Positions 19,999 to 30,104 of a DNA stretch of 62,447 bases are shown here, piece by piece. Position 1 is the stretch's first letter. Each line of letters opens with the position of its first letter. The DNA comes from Emcibacter sp. (GTDB lineage Bacteria; Pseudomonadota; Alphaproteobacteria; Sphingomonadales; Emcibacteraceae): assembly GCA_016764855.1 (NCBI GenBank), contig JAESRB010000074.1:1-62447 (forward strand). Reading direction: 5' to 3'. Below the pieces are notes generated by a model, which saw nothing but the letters and a program-made list of their open reading frames with translations, was not told the origin of the DNA and ran no database searches. A program made the translations under genes and the position numbers.

Positions 19999-21074
19999 GG
20001 TGTTGTCTCCTCAAGGAACCAATCCGTTGGCACATCATGACCCAAACCCATTTCCTTGGCGGAATCATAAGCTGCCTTACCCACTGCTGCGAACTGCAAG
20101 CCCATACCAGTATTATTGGCAAAAACCGTAATATCGTCATCATTACGAGGACCAACAACATCCCCAATCAGAATTTCTCCAATAGAAGAAATGTCATCAA
20201 ATGTTATTAAGCCGCGCGTTACAGGACCCAGAATATCAAACTGACTATCGTGATGAACTTGTTCTTTCGAAGTCACAACGATCTTGCTCGCTCTGTCAAA
20301 TGTCACATCATCCAGTTCACGACGTTTGGCTGTACCATCGGGTGATGTAATTGATGTTACATGGGCGCCAGGCTTCAACCATTCCCCATTAAAACAAGGG
20401 TCCATTGCAGCCGTTGCACATGTTACAATGTCGCAATCTTCCACAAGAGCGCGCGGGCTATCAACGGCAATGATCTTACGTCCCGTCGCCTTGGCATGAA
20501 AATCTGCAAATTTCTTTCTATTTTCCGGTGTCGGGCTATAGATACGAACTTCTTCGAGATCTGGCCGCACCTGCAACAAAGCCTGTATATGTGATTCCGC
20601 CTGCCAACCTGATCCAAACAATCCGGCAATTTTTGAATCTTCTCTTGAAAGTGCACGAATACCAAGCGCAGATGTTGCCCCTACCCGCCATTTCTGAAGC
20701 ACGCTATCATGAATGATGCATAGTGGCTCTAACGTGGTCATGCTATATAACGTCACCAAACCGACATAGCGTCCACCGGGAGCCGCAGGAATAAGGCGAC
20801 GACGCTCTACACCATTTGCGAGCTTTTCCACGCCAACGATATCAGAAGTAATCCGAAGCGCCCATACGCCGCCAGAAACACTACCGCCCTCTTGAGACTT
20901 AAATCTGAAACGGAAACCAGGATGCCGCGGATCTTCAACAGGGAAATAAGTATGGGAGCGTGAGCGGTTTTCCGCTTGCCCTTGTGCATATTCTTTATAA
21001 GCCTGCTCCAGAGGTGCCAAACAACCCTCCAGCGTCAATGCGCGTTCCACATCTGCGTTTGATAATACCAGCAT
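19995..21074 (-). CDS. Ornithine cyclodeaminase/mu-crystallin family NAD(P)-dependent enzyme
   Basis: R.GATSALG, GLFGSGWQA Rossmann motif, ATAA..P, WLKPGAHV, GMGLQFAA. Confidence 0.88.
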   Translation of the reverse strand: MLVLSNADVERALTLEGCLAPLEQAYKEYAQGQAENRSRSHTYFPVEDPRHPGFRFRFKSQEGGSVSGGVWALRITSDIVGVEKLANGVERRRLIPAAPGGRYVGLVTLYSMTTLEPLCIIHDSVLQKWRVGATSALGIRALSREDSKIAGLFGSGWQAESHIQALLQVRPDLEEVRIYSPTPENRKKFADFHAKATGRKIIAVDSPRALVEDCDIVTCATAAMDPCFNGEWLKPGAHVTSITSPDGTAKRRELDDVTFDRASKIVVTSKEQVHHDSQFDILGPVTRGLITFDDISSIGEILIGDVVGPRNDDDITVFANNTGMGLQFAAVGKAAYDSAKEMGLGHDVPTDWFLEETTP

Positions 21075-21200
21075 AGTCTAATGTCCTTATTTTTTTACTT
21101 TTTGGAGTCCTTCAAACCTTGATTTCATCAATCAAACCTTAAAAACTCAGGAATTTGCGTCATCACATCAACGATTATTATATCGGTTATTGAAGATTAC

Positions 21201-21272
21201 GATGTATACTGAGTAATATCTACTCCGCAGCCCCTAATGAGTCAAATAAAAAATGATGTACACTTCCTATTT
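21201..21272. promoter_or_regulatory. Paired putative MarR boxes in the divergent OCD/marR region
   Basis: GTATACTGAGTA at 21204-21215 and GATGTACACTTCCTATTT from 21255. Confidence 0.55.
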
Positions 21273-21432
21273 TTTACGTATGATTGCCCAATAAAATAGT
21301 ATTTCAATAGAAAGTTGTTTTATATATATGGCTTTATTACTGAAACTCATTTACAAGAATGGTGATTTGACAACCGTTGAATAGGCCCTGTAAAATACTT
21401 CTGTGATTAATAAATTAAAGTAGGAAATCTGA

Positions 21433-21891
21433 ATGAGAGCGAAAAATACAATATGGAAAACGCCAGGATTTCTTATCCGTCGACTACAACAAATTCAAGT
21501 GGCGGTTTTCTTAAGTGAGTGTCAGGAAGAAAAAATCACGCCAATTCAATGGGGCATACTGACAATCGTTACAGATTTTCCAAATTCCGGACATATCGAA
21601 ATTTCCGAAGAACTAGGATTGGACCGCTCAAACGTAGCCAATGTTGTTACGCGCCTTGTGGATAGAGGATTGCTCAGCAGAATCACAAATAAGGAAGATC
21701 GGCGCAGAAAGTCCATCAATGTGACCGAAGAAGGGCTTGAGATAATGAAAAAAGTCCGGGCCAAAGCGCGGCGAGCTCAAGATAAAGTATTAGGTCCTTT
21801 AGAAGAGTCCGAAAGAGAAATCTTTATGGAATTGCTCGGACGTCTCGTGCGGGAAAATAATCACCTTGGACGCACTGTACTCCAGCTCTGA
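21433..21891 (+). CDS. MarR family regulator
   Basis: PGFLIRRLQQ N-terminus, LDRSNV..VVTRL..RG, EDRRR wing motif. Confidence 0.93.
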   Translation: MRAKNTIWKTPGFLIRRLQQIQVAVFLSECQEEKITPIQWGILTIVTDFPNSGHIEISEELGLDRSNVANVVTRLVDRGLLSRITNKEDRRRKSINVTEEGLEIMKKVRAKARRAQDKVLGPLEESEREIFMELLGRLVRENNHLGRTVLQL

Positions 21892-22127
21892 CTTACCTCC
21901 CGCCCGTTAATTAACAATCCAATATTAATTAACCATCATATATCAATACGCCGAAATCCCTAAATATGAGAAAATTGGGGCGAAGCATCGTTATGTACGC
22001 CACCCCAATTGCTCTAAAAATTACTTTGGCAAACTTATTTGTCAAATGATGTCATGCCCGCCTGAGCCCGTACCAGTTAGAAACTTCTTCTACGGACTTC
22101 AGGTGGACAGTCACATCGACACCATGC

Positions 22128-22982
22128 CTATTTTTTTGATACCGGCTCATGAGAAAGCAACATCGTCCCTGCCCCGGTATTTGAAATTGGGATAACATAA
22201 TTACGGTGTAGTTCAGTCACTTTTCCCGACAGAGCGCCGCGCATTCCCATCCACATATTTAACTCAACACCTTGCGATCCTGCTATTTCCGTAATATCCC
22301 GGATGGAATATTTAAACAGTTCTTCCGGGTCATTCACGAGCTTATCCATACACATTGTGTCAAACTCTCTGTTAATCAAACCCGCGCGCTGACCATCGAG
22401 TTGATGTGACAATCCGCCTGTGCCCAAAACAACGACTTTCAGATCTTTATCGTAGGATTCAACGGCCTTACCAATGGAACGTCCCAAATCGAAACAACGC
22501 TTTAACGAAGGCATTGGATGCTGTTCGCAGTTGATCACAACGGGAATGACTTTCATATGACTATATGCATTGCCCGGCCACATCAGTTGCATTGGTACAG
22601 TTAAGCCGTGATCAATGCCCAATTCCTGACAAATCGTAATATCAAATTCATCTTCAACCAATTCGTTACAAATGTGCCATGACAGGTCTTCATCACCGAT
22701 GACCGGCGGAATTGTATCAATGCCCCAACCTTCATCGTAACTGATATATTCTTTCGCAGCTCCAATAGAAAACGTCGGCTTTTTATCCAAGAAAAATTCC
22801 AGCCCATGGTCATTGTAAAAAACAATAGCTACATCTGGTTTTTCTTTGGCAAGCCAATCATGAACAGGCGCAAAACCATCAAAAAAGTTTTTCCAATAGG
22901 GTGTTTCTTGTATTTTCTTGGCAATTGCCACACCAATAGCAGGGATATGGGATGACCCAATAGCACCGATAATTTTAGCCAT
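22128..22982 (-). CDS. ligB: Protocatechuate 4,5-dioxygenase beta subunit
   Basis: SHIPAIG, YNDHG..FFLD..PTF, DHG..VP, GTGGLSHQLDG.RAG motifs. Confidence 0.88.
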   Translation of the reverse strand: MAKIIGAIGSSHIPAIGVAIAKKIQETPYWKNFFDGFAPVHDWLAKEKPDVAIVFYNDHGLEFFLDKKPTFSIGAAKEYISYDEGWGIDTIPPVIGDEDLSWHICNELVEDEFDITICQELGIDHGLTVPMQLMWPGNAYSHMKVIPVVINCEQHPMPSLKRCFDLGRSIGKAVESYDKDLKVVVLGTGGLSHQLDGQRAGLINREFDTMCMDKLVNDPEELFKYSIRDITEIAGSQGVELNMWMGMRGALSGKVTELHRNYVIPISNTGAGTMLLSHEPVSKK

Positions 22983-22984
22983 GA

Positions 22985-23338
22985 TTATTCTCCTGCCTTT
23001 ACAAGTTTTGCTCTAAATTCTTCAACTGTCATACCGGTTTGAATCGCGCCGATATCCTGCATATTCAATCCCAGACCTCCGGTAAATTTGGCAAGGAAAT
23101 AAATACTTCCTCCCTGCTCCAGCAAGCCAATAACATCACGGTTTTTAATCGCTTCTTTCTGCCCTTCGGTTAGGCCGAATTTCTCACAATATGCCATTTC
23201 ATCACTGGCAAATTCATCTCGCGCCGACTGGTCATTAAGCGAATAACACATTTTATTCAGACCATAGCCCTTCCGCGCTTTGCTTCCATCGAACATAATT
23301 GTTCCCGGAATAGGGGTTTTATTATCAAGATATGACAT
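22985..23338 (-). CDS. ligA: Protocatechuate 4,5-dioxygenase alpha subunit
   Basis: IPGT..FDG..ARKGY.LNKMC.SL and GG.IYFLAK; directly upstream of the beta subunit. Confidence 0.88.
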   Translation of the reverse strand: MSYLDNKTPIPGTIMFDGSKARKGYGLNKMCYSLNDQSARDEFASDEMAYCEKFGLTEGQKEAIKNRDVIGLLEQGGSIYFLAKFTGGLGLNMQDIGAIQTGMTVEEFRAKLVKAGE

Positions 23339-23350
23339 CTCTCGTCTCCT

Positions 23351-24211
23351 TTAAGACCAATATAAACGCATAGGATTATCCACCAGCAACTTTTGTTGTG
23401 CCTGTTCTGTCGGTGCGATCCTCGGGATCACATCCACCAAAACGCCATCATCGGGCGTATGGGATTTCATATTCGGGTGCGGCCAGTCTGTTCCCCACAA
23501 AACCCGGTCTGGAAATTTCTCGACCAACAGCTTTCCAAACGGAATGACGTCACTATAATCCGGCCCCATAACCGTTAATCTTTCCGGGCATGTCACTTTG
23601 GTCCAGATATTTTCATTCTCTTCCATAAAACGTATGAAATTCTGAAAATCTGAATGATCAACCCCTTTGCTGACATCAGGACGGCCCATATGATCCACAA
23701 CAACGATGGTGGGCAATTGCTTCAGGAAAGGAATTAATTCCTCAAAATCCGGTGCTTCAAAATAGACCACAATATGCCAGCCTAATTTAGCAATTCTTTC
23801 GGCAATATCTAAAAAAACTTGCTTAGGTGTACTGTCCACCAAACGTTTGACAAAGTTAAACCGCACGGCCCGGACACCGGCCTCATGCATTTCTTTTAAT
23901 TCTTCATCACTGATATCAAGATTGATGATCGCCACTCCTCGCGCAAGTTCACCAGAGTCTTTCAAAGCATCAATCATTGCGGCATTATCCTGCCCATGAC
24001 AGGATGCCTGCACGATCACATTACGTTCGAAACCCAAGAAGTCACGCAGGGCAAATAATTTCTCTTTAGGAGCATCCCCCGGCGTATATTTACGGTTCGG
24101 CGCATAAGGAAATTTATCTGCTGGCCCGAAAACATGGCAATGGGCATCAACAGCCCCTTTTGGCGCAACAAAGCGCGGCTTTGAGGGGTTAGAGTGAAAA
24201 GTTTGTACCAT
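23351..24211 (-). CDS. ligI: 2-pyrone-4,6-dicarboxylate lactonase
   Basis: DAHCHVFGP, VQASCHG.DN, VRFNF.KRLVD, DHMGRPD, WGTDWPHPN. Confidence 0.93.
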   Translation of the reverse strand: MVQTFHSNPSKPRFVAPKGAVDAHCHVFGPADKFPYAPNRKYTPGDAPKEKLFALRDFLGFERNVIVQASCHGQDNAAMIDALKDSGELARGVAIINLDISDEELKEMHEAGVRAVRFNFVKRLVDSTPKQVFLDIAERIAKLGWHIVVYFEAPDFEELIPFLKQLPTIVVVDHMGRPDVSKGVDHSDFQNFIRFMEENENIWTKVTCPERLTVMGPDYSDVIPFGKLLVEKFPDRVLWGTDWPHPNMKSHTPDDGVLVDVIPRIAPTEQAQQKLLVDNPMRLYWS

Positions 24212-24223
24212 ATTCCATATCCA

Positions 24224-24308
24224 TATTTCTTTAAAATTAAGCCCGTATTATTTAAGCCAACCTTATTTAAGCTATTCTTATTTAAGCCAGTCTATTTCTT
24301 TAAAATTA
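24224..24308. repeat. 15-bp-period repeat (TTATTTAAGC x3) bracketed by a 16-bp direct repeat
   Basis: TTATTTAAGC at 24248, 24263 and 24278; TATTTCTTTAAAATTA at 24224-24239 and 24293-24308. Confidence 0.8.
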
Positions 24309-24315
24309 CGCCCAA

Positions 24316-25382
24316 CTAGGCGAAAACTTCGCCATCAAATAACTTTCTCGCCGTGCGTAATATCGCCGCACTCTCCACAGTTCCGCTATTATCTATTTTC
24401 AAAATAATGGCGGTTTCCCCGATGGGATGTTCAATATTAATCTCTTTAACCGATCCATCCGGGATATTCGATAAGGAAAATGCCGGAGAACCTGGCAACA
24501 TACAAGCCGTCGCAACGCTCACCGCGCCCAAAACCCCGATAGAAGCGTGACACCGGTGAGGAATGAAGGTGCGACTGGAAACTGTCCCGCCTGCCTTGGC
24601 CCCACTGACCATGGACATTTTTGGCACCGTTTTATCCGTCACATCCCCAAGGTTCATCATATATCCGGCTTTTAACCGTATGGCCTCCAAACGTGCTTTA
24701 AGCCCCTCATCAGCATCAAGCTGTTCACGACTTTCATTACCTGTTATCCCCATATCTTCCGCACGCATCACTACGGTAGGCATACCGTTATCAATGCATG
24801 TCACCTCCACACCTTCAATGACATCAACCACATTCCCTGTGGGCAGCAAGGCACCACAACTGGACCCGGCCGTATCTCGGAAAGTCAGTGCAATCGGGCT
24901 GGAGGTTCCGGGTACGCCATCAATTGAGGCCGATCCAGAATACACAACCTCGCCACCGGGCGTCTGGACAAGCGCATCAGCAACCTGCCCTGTATTTTCC
25001 ATATGGATTGCAACGGAAGTTTCCCCATCCTGTGCCGCCACAAGACCACGTTCAAGGGCAAAAGGACCAATAGCGGCAAGTATATTACCACAATTCTGAG
25101 CGTCGGTCACAATAGCCTTATCCACAAAGACCTGAAGAAATAAATAATCAACGTCAACGCCTTCGCGCTCTGATTTCTTTACGATAGCAACCTTCGACGT
25201 CAAGGGGTCAGCCCCACCCATACCGTCAATTTGCCGAGGGTCCGGCGACCCCATTACCCCAAGAAGAAAACTGTCTCGTTCTGCAATATCCGCAGGCAGG
25301 TCAGCGGCCAGAAAAACTCCCCCTTGGAGGTTCCTCCCCGCATCCACATACATCTCGCCGCCCGCAGAGATTTCTCAGACAT
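24316..25382 (-). CDS. ligU: 4-oxalomesaconate tautomerase (PrpF family), frameshifted near the 5' end
   Basis: [36 protein letters not shown]. The conserved [11 protein letters not shown]-terminus starts at ATG 25382 in another frame; one extra G in the run at 25319-25323 would join the frames. Confidence 0.88.
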
Positions 25383-26049
25383 ATTTCAAGCCTCTTTCCG
25401 CTAACCGTTCGCGCATACTATACATATCAAGGCCCAGCTCACCGGAGGCTAAACGCACTCTTTTTTCTTCCTCGTGAGCTTCCCGTGCCAAGGCCTTCTT
25501 CAAAACATCTTCGGCTTCTTCACGGCGAACAACACATACACCGTCATCATCAGCGACAATCACGTCACCGGCATTAATCAAAGCACCGGCACATACGATG
25601 GGTATATTCACCGATCCTAATGTTTCCTTCACGGTTCCTTCGGCACATACAGCCTTTGACCAAACCGGAAAGTTCATTTCCGTAAGATCACGCACATCAC
25701 GCACACCGGCGTCAATGATCAGGCCAACACCACCACGCGCCTGCATTGACGTGGCCAGCAAGTCACCAAAATAGCCAGCATCTGACGGCGATGTCGGTGC
25801 CAAGACCAGAATGTCGCCCTTTTGAACCTGCTCAATCGCCACATGAACCATCCAGTTATCACAAGGGGCAGCGGAAATAGTCACCGCCGACGCACCAACG
25901 CGCATACCAGAATATATAGGATTCATATAGGAGGCTAACAAGCCCTTGCGACCTTGCGCCTCATGAACGGTCGCAACACCGCATTTACCCAGACCATCAA
26001 TAACGTCTTGCGCAGCTCTTTCAATATTTTGAACAACAACAGGCATCAT
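25375..26049 (-). CDS. ligK: 4-carboxy-4-hydroxy-2-oxoadipate aldolase
   Basis: [42 protein letters not shown]. Confidence 0.93.
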   Translation of the reverse strand: MMPVVVQNIERAAQDVIDGLGKCGVATVHEAQGRKGLLASYMNPIYSGMRVGASAVTISAAPCDNWMVHVAIEQVQKGDILVLAPTSPSDAGYFGDLLATSMQARGGVGLIIDAGVRDVRDLTEMNFPVWSKAVCAEGTVKETLGSVNIPIVCAGALINAGDVIVADDDGVCVVRREEAEDVLKKALAREAHEEEKRVRLASGELGLDMYSMRERLAERGLKYV

Positions 26050-26780
26050 AATTCTTCCACTGTACGAGGATAGATTGACTGGAACCCTTCGGCATAGCGC
26101 GCTGTTTTCCCGCCCGCTTGGCCACCTGAATTCCGGCGGAAATGATTGCCTCTATTTTCCGCAACATTGGTATAAAAGTCCCAAAGATGTTCCTGACCCT
26201 GCATACATTCAATGGCTGCGCGTTTTTTGTCCCATACTTCTGTGATATCCAGAAATACATCCGGCTTCCAGCCCATCTGCTCTGTTTGATGCGGCTCGAA
26301 CAAATAGAGTTGCGGCGCTCCCAGAACTTTCTCCCCAGGCTTATGCCCCCATGCCTGTGCAATCATACGACATTCCATCGCTACTTTCGTCGTGTAGGAA
26401 TGATCCGTATTATAAGGGTCATACTGAGAATGGCTCATCATGAATTTGGGTTGTACTTTACGTATAACATCGACGAGTTTGAATTTTGCGTCACGGTCCA
26501 CTTCCAAAGGATAATCACCCAAGTCAAAGAATTGAATGTCATGAACATCAAGTGCCTGCGCCGCTGCTTCAGCTTCCTTACGCCGTGCAACCTTAACCTG
26601 ATCCAGCGTACAGCCTTCATTTTTCCATAGCTTGGCGGATTCCCCGCGCTCACCATAAGACAGACAAACAACTGTAACGTCAAAACCCCGTTTTTGATGA
26701 AGGGCGATGGCCCCTCCTGCGCGCCATACAAAGTCAGCTGCGTGGGCACTGATCACCAGGGCTGTTTTTTTATTTGCCAT
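26046..26780 (-). CDS. galB: 4-oxalomesaconate hydratase (PIG-L/LmbE family)
   Basis: [35 protein letters not shown]. Start at ATG 26780 after GAGG. Confidence 0.9.
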   Translation of the reverse strand: MANKKTALVISAHAADFVWRAGGAIALHQKRGFDVTVVCLSYGERGESAKLWKNEGCTLDQVKVARRKEAEAAAQALDVHDIQFFDLGDYPLEVDRDAKFKLVDVIRKVQPKFMMSHSQYDPYNTDHSYTTKVAMECRMIAQAWGHKPGEKVLGAPQLYLFEPHQTEQMGWKPDVFLDITEVWDKKRAAIECMQGQEHLWDFYTNVAENRGNHFRRNSGGQAGGKTARYAEGFQSIYPRTVEEL

Positions 26781-26915
26781 TCTAAATATCCTCATGTGTA
26801 ATTTGATAGGATTATTATCCACAATTCAGAACACACAGACAATTTCATTTTAACTCGACGGGTATAAGTTTTTGCTATAGCATATTATCACATAGCATAT
26901 CAGGATGACAATTCA

Positions 26916-28148
26916 ATGGATCGCAAAATCCCAAATATCCGGCATCTAAGAGCTTTTTGTGAGGTGTCGCACTGCAAAAGTATCAGTAAGGCATCTGACC
27001 GGGTATATCTGTCGCAACCCGCCATTACGCAAGCCATTGCAAAGCTTGAAAATATGCTCAATCTATCCCTTTTTGACCGCCGGCCCGAAGGTATGCTCAC
27101 CACGGAACCCGGACTTTTGTTTCTTGACCGTATTGAACGGCTGCTTGCACATTTGAATAAAGCCACGACCGAGGCCATTCGTATTGGTACTAAGAAGAAA
27201 CCCAAATCCAACATATATTTTGACCGCATGTTAACCACTGTACAGTTAAAAGCCCTGATCGCCGTATCAGAAGCCGGAAATTTCAGCCTTGCCGCCAGAA
27301 ACATTGGCACTACCCAACCCTCTCTTCATAGAGCCGCGCGGGAATTGGAAAAGCTATTGGGAATCCCTCTATTCACCAAAAGCAAAGAAGGCATCAAGCT
27401 CACCAAAGCAGCCCATCCCCTCGTCCAACATGCAAAACTGGCCTTTGCCGAATTGGAACAGGGTTTTGTGGAGATAGAGGCATGGCACGGCAGGGATTCG
27501 GGTACTATTATTATCGGCAGCATGCCGCTTGCCAGAACAAATCTTTTACCAAAGACCATAAATAAATTTACCCAAACACACCCCACTATTCAAATCCGTA
27601 TAGTTGACGGCCCCTATTCTGATCTATTGCACGGCCTGCGTCATGGCGATATTGATTTCCTGATTGGCGCTTTAAGATACCCCTTACCCATTGATGACAT
27701 CACTCAGGAACCTTTGTTCGACGATATGCTGTCCATTGTGGTTGGCGCTGAACATCCTCTCATTCAAAGTCAGACCCCCAAGCTGAAAGATCTGGCCCGT
27801 TTCCCCTGGATTGTCCCACGGCAAGGCACCCCCTCAAGGGATTGTTTTAATGCAATGTTTCAGAATGCAGACACCCCAAAACCGGATAAATTAATTGAAA
27901 CAAGTTCGCTGGCCCTCATTCGCAGCCTCCTGCATGAAAGTGACCGTATTGCCCTTCTGTCAAAACATCAAATTCAATTGGAGGAACAATTAGGAATATT
28001 AGCGTCCTTACCGTTCGTTATGCCCGAAACAAAGAGACCTATTGGTTTGACCCTACGCCAGGGATGGAAGCCAACGGCCAGTCAAAATCTATTTTTGGAT
28101 TTATTAAGAAAGATCGGAAAAGATAAATTTTCTCAGAACTTTAAATAA
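26916..28148 (+). CDS. LysR regulator with duplicated HTH (LigR/GalR type)
   Basis: 410 aa; two HTH segments (LSQPAITQA.. and TQPSLHRA..); divergent from galB. Confidence 0.9.
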   Translation: MDRKIPNIRHLRAFCEVSHCKSISKASDRVYLSQPAITQAIAKLENMLNLSLFDRRPEGMLTTEPGLLFLDRIERLLAHLNKATTEAIRIGTKKKPKSNIYFDRMLTTVQLKALIAVSEAGNFSLAARNIGTTQPSLHRAARELEKLLGIPLFTKSKEGIKLTKAAHPLVQHAKLAFAELEQGFVEIEAWHGRDSGTIIIGSMPLARTNLLPKTINKFTQTHPTIQIRIVDGPYSDLLHGLRHGDIDFLIGALRYPLPIDDITQEPLFDDMLSIVVGAEHPLIQSQTPKLKDLARFPWIVPRQGTPSRDCFNAMFQNADTPKPDKLIETSSLALIRSLLHESDRIALLSKHQIQLEEQLGILASLPFVMPETKRPIGLTLRQGWKPTASQNLFLDLLRKIGKDKFSQNFK

Positions 28149-28153
28149 TCAAT

Positions 28154-28170
28154 TATTCAAAAATTGAATA
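28154..28170. promoter_or_regulatory. Putative LysR box TATTCAA-N3-TTGAATA upstream of the oxidoreductase-ligC operon
   Basis: Palindromic; arms identical to those at 4656-4672. Confidence 0.5.
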
Positions 28171-28225
28171 GGCAAATACATTATTCAATTTCCAACTCCC
28201 CCTTAAGACATTTATATTGCAAACC

Positions 28226-29128
28226 ATGAAAAATACTGAAAAACAAAATATTGCGTTAATTGGTTTTGGTGAAGCGGCGATGACCTTTGTGAAAGGCTGG
28301 GGCAGCCAATGGCACCCTTATATTAAAGCCTTTGACATTAAAACACTTAGCCCTTCCAATGCTGTCCAGCAAGAAAAACGCGAAGACTATGACCGTTCCT
28401 CTGTTCAAGGCGGCCAAAGCCTCCCAGAAACACTGACCAAATCCTCCGTTGTTTTTTCACTAGTCACTGCCGACCAAGCGCTCATTGCGGCAAAAGAAGC
28501 GGCAAATCACATTGGAAATGACGCCTTATATCTTGATTGCAATTCCTGCGCACCGGATACCAAACGCCAATCTGCACAAATAATATCCGATGCGGGAGGC
28601 CGTTATGTGGATGTTGCGGTTATGGCTCCTGTACAAGCTGATCTCCGCAAGATCCCCCTCCTTCTGAGCGGCCCTCATGCCAGCGTCGCCTTGGACGTAC
28701 TCCAAGACCTTAATATGTCCGCCAGCCTGCTATCGGATAGCGTGGGCGATGCCTCATCCGTTAAAATGATGCGGAGCATTATGGTTAAGGGGATGGAGGC
28801 ATTGATGATGGAATGCGTATTATCCGCGAGCAAAGCCGGTGTGGACGAGATTGTCCTCAATTCCCTTCATGACAGCTTTCCCGGCTTTAACTTTAAAGAA
28901 AGAGCCGCCTACATGATGGAACGCGTCATGACGCATGGGGTCAGACGGGCTGCGGAGATGCGTGAGGTCACTCTCTCTATCTCACAATTAGGTCTGGACG
29001 GCAGAATGGCCAAAGCCACGACGGAATGGCAACAACAAATTGGGGAACTGGCGTTGCAAACCAGTGACCTGGATAAAGGTAATTATCAGAAACTGGCGAA
29101 TATCATCCTCAAGTCAGTTGGAAATTAA
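28226..29128 (+). CDS. NAD(P)-dependent oxidoreductase (3-hydroxyisobutyrate/6PGDH-like, DUF1932-type C-terminus)
   Basis: IGFGEAA, DCNSCAP.TK, YVDVAVMAPV, KMMRS..VKG, HG.RRAAEM. Confidence 0.85.
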   Translation: MKNTEKQNIALIGFGEAAMTFVKGWGSQWHPYIKAFDIKTLSPSNAVQQEKREDYDRSSVQGGQSLPETLTKSSVVFSLVTADQALIAAKEAANHIGNDALYLDCNSCAPDTKRQSAQIISDAGGRYVDVAVMAPVQADLRKIPLLLSGPHASVALDVLQDLNMSASLLSDSVGDASSVKMMRSIMVKGMEALMMECVLSASKAGVDEIVLNSLHDSFPGFNFKERAAYMMERVMTHGVRRAAEMREVTLSISQLGLDGRMAKATTEWQQQIGELALQTSDLDKGNYQKLANIILKSVGN

Positions 29129-29162
29129 ATAGATACGGCTTAGCCACAGTAAGGAAAAAATA

Positions 29163-30104
29163 ATGAAAATATGTCTCGCAGGAACCGGTGCCTTTGGCAA
29201 AAAACATTTAAGTGCAATTAGCGCCATTCAGGGCGTAGAAGTTGTCTCTGTCGTCGGACACAAAACCGAATCCACTGAAGAATTCGCGAAAGAAAACAGC
29301 ATTCCACATTGGACAACCGATCTTTCCGAAAGTCTAGCTCTACCTGATATTGACGCGGTTATCCTGACCACGCCAACACAAATGCATGCCGAACAGGCTA
29401 TTCAATGTATGCGCGCTGGCAAAAATGTCATGGTAGAAATTCCTATGGCTGATACGTTGGAAGATTCTGAGAACATAGTCGCTGTCCAAAAAGAAACCGG
29501 CCTTGTGGCAATGGCCGGACATACCCGCCGCTTTAACCCGTCCCACCAATGGGTACATAACAAAATTCAGGCTGGTGAGTTTAATATTCAACAGATGGAC
29601 GTGCAGACTTTCTTTTTCCGCAGAACCAACATGAATGCCGAAGGAAAAGCCCGGAGCTGGACCGATCACCTTCTCTGGCATCATGCCTGTCATACTGTTG
29701 ACCTGTTCCAATATCAGACCGGAGAATTAATTTCGGAAGTTCATGGCATGGAAGGCCCTGCGCATCCTGATCTTGGCATTGCAATGGATATGAATATTAT
29801 CATGAAAGTTCCGTCAGGCGCGATTTGCACCCTTTCATTATCTTTCAACAACAATGGCCCACTGGGAACTTTCTTCCGCTATATCGGCGATACGGGGACT
29901 TATTTGGCCCGTTATGACGATCTTCTTGATGGCTATGAAAAGCCTATTGATCTTACAGGTGTTGCTATTTCCAACAATGGCATTGAACTTCAGGATAGAG
30001 AATTTTTCTCTGCTATCCGTGAGGGCCGCGAGCCAAATGCGAGTGTCGCCCAATGTTTGCCTGCTATGAAAGTACTGGATCTGGTTGAACGAGGTTTTAA
30101 GTGA
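29163..30104 (+). CDS. ligC: 4-carboxy-2-hydroxymuconate semialdehyde dehydrogenase
   Basis: GAFG.KH, TPTQMHA.Q, VEIP, GHTRRFNPSHQ, RSWTDHLLWHH. Confidence 0.93.
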   Translation: MKICLAGTGAFGKKHLSAISAIQGVEVVSVVGHKTESTEEFAKENSIPHWTTDLSESLALPDIDAVILTTPTQMHAEQAIQCMRAGKNVMVEIPMADTLEDSENIVAVQKETGLVAMAGHTRRFNPSHQWVHNKIQAGEFNIQQMDVQTFFFRRTNMNAEGKARSWTDHLLWHHACHTVDLFQYQTGELISEVHGMEGPAHPDLGIAMDMNIIMKVPSGAICTLSLSFNNNGPLGTFFRYIGDTGTYLARYDDLLDGYEKPIDLTGVAISNNGIELQDREFFSAIREGREPNASVAQCLPAMKVLDLVERGFK

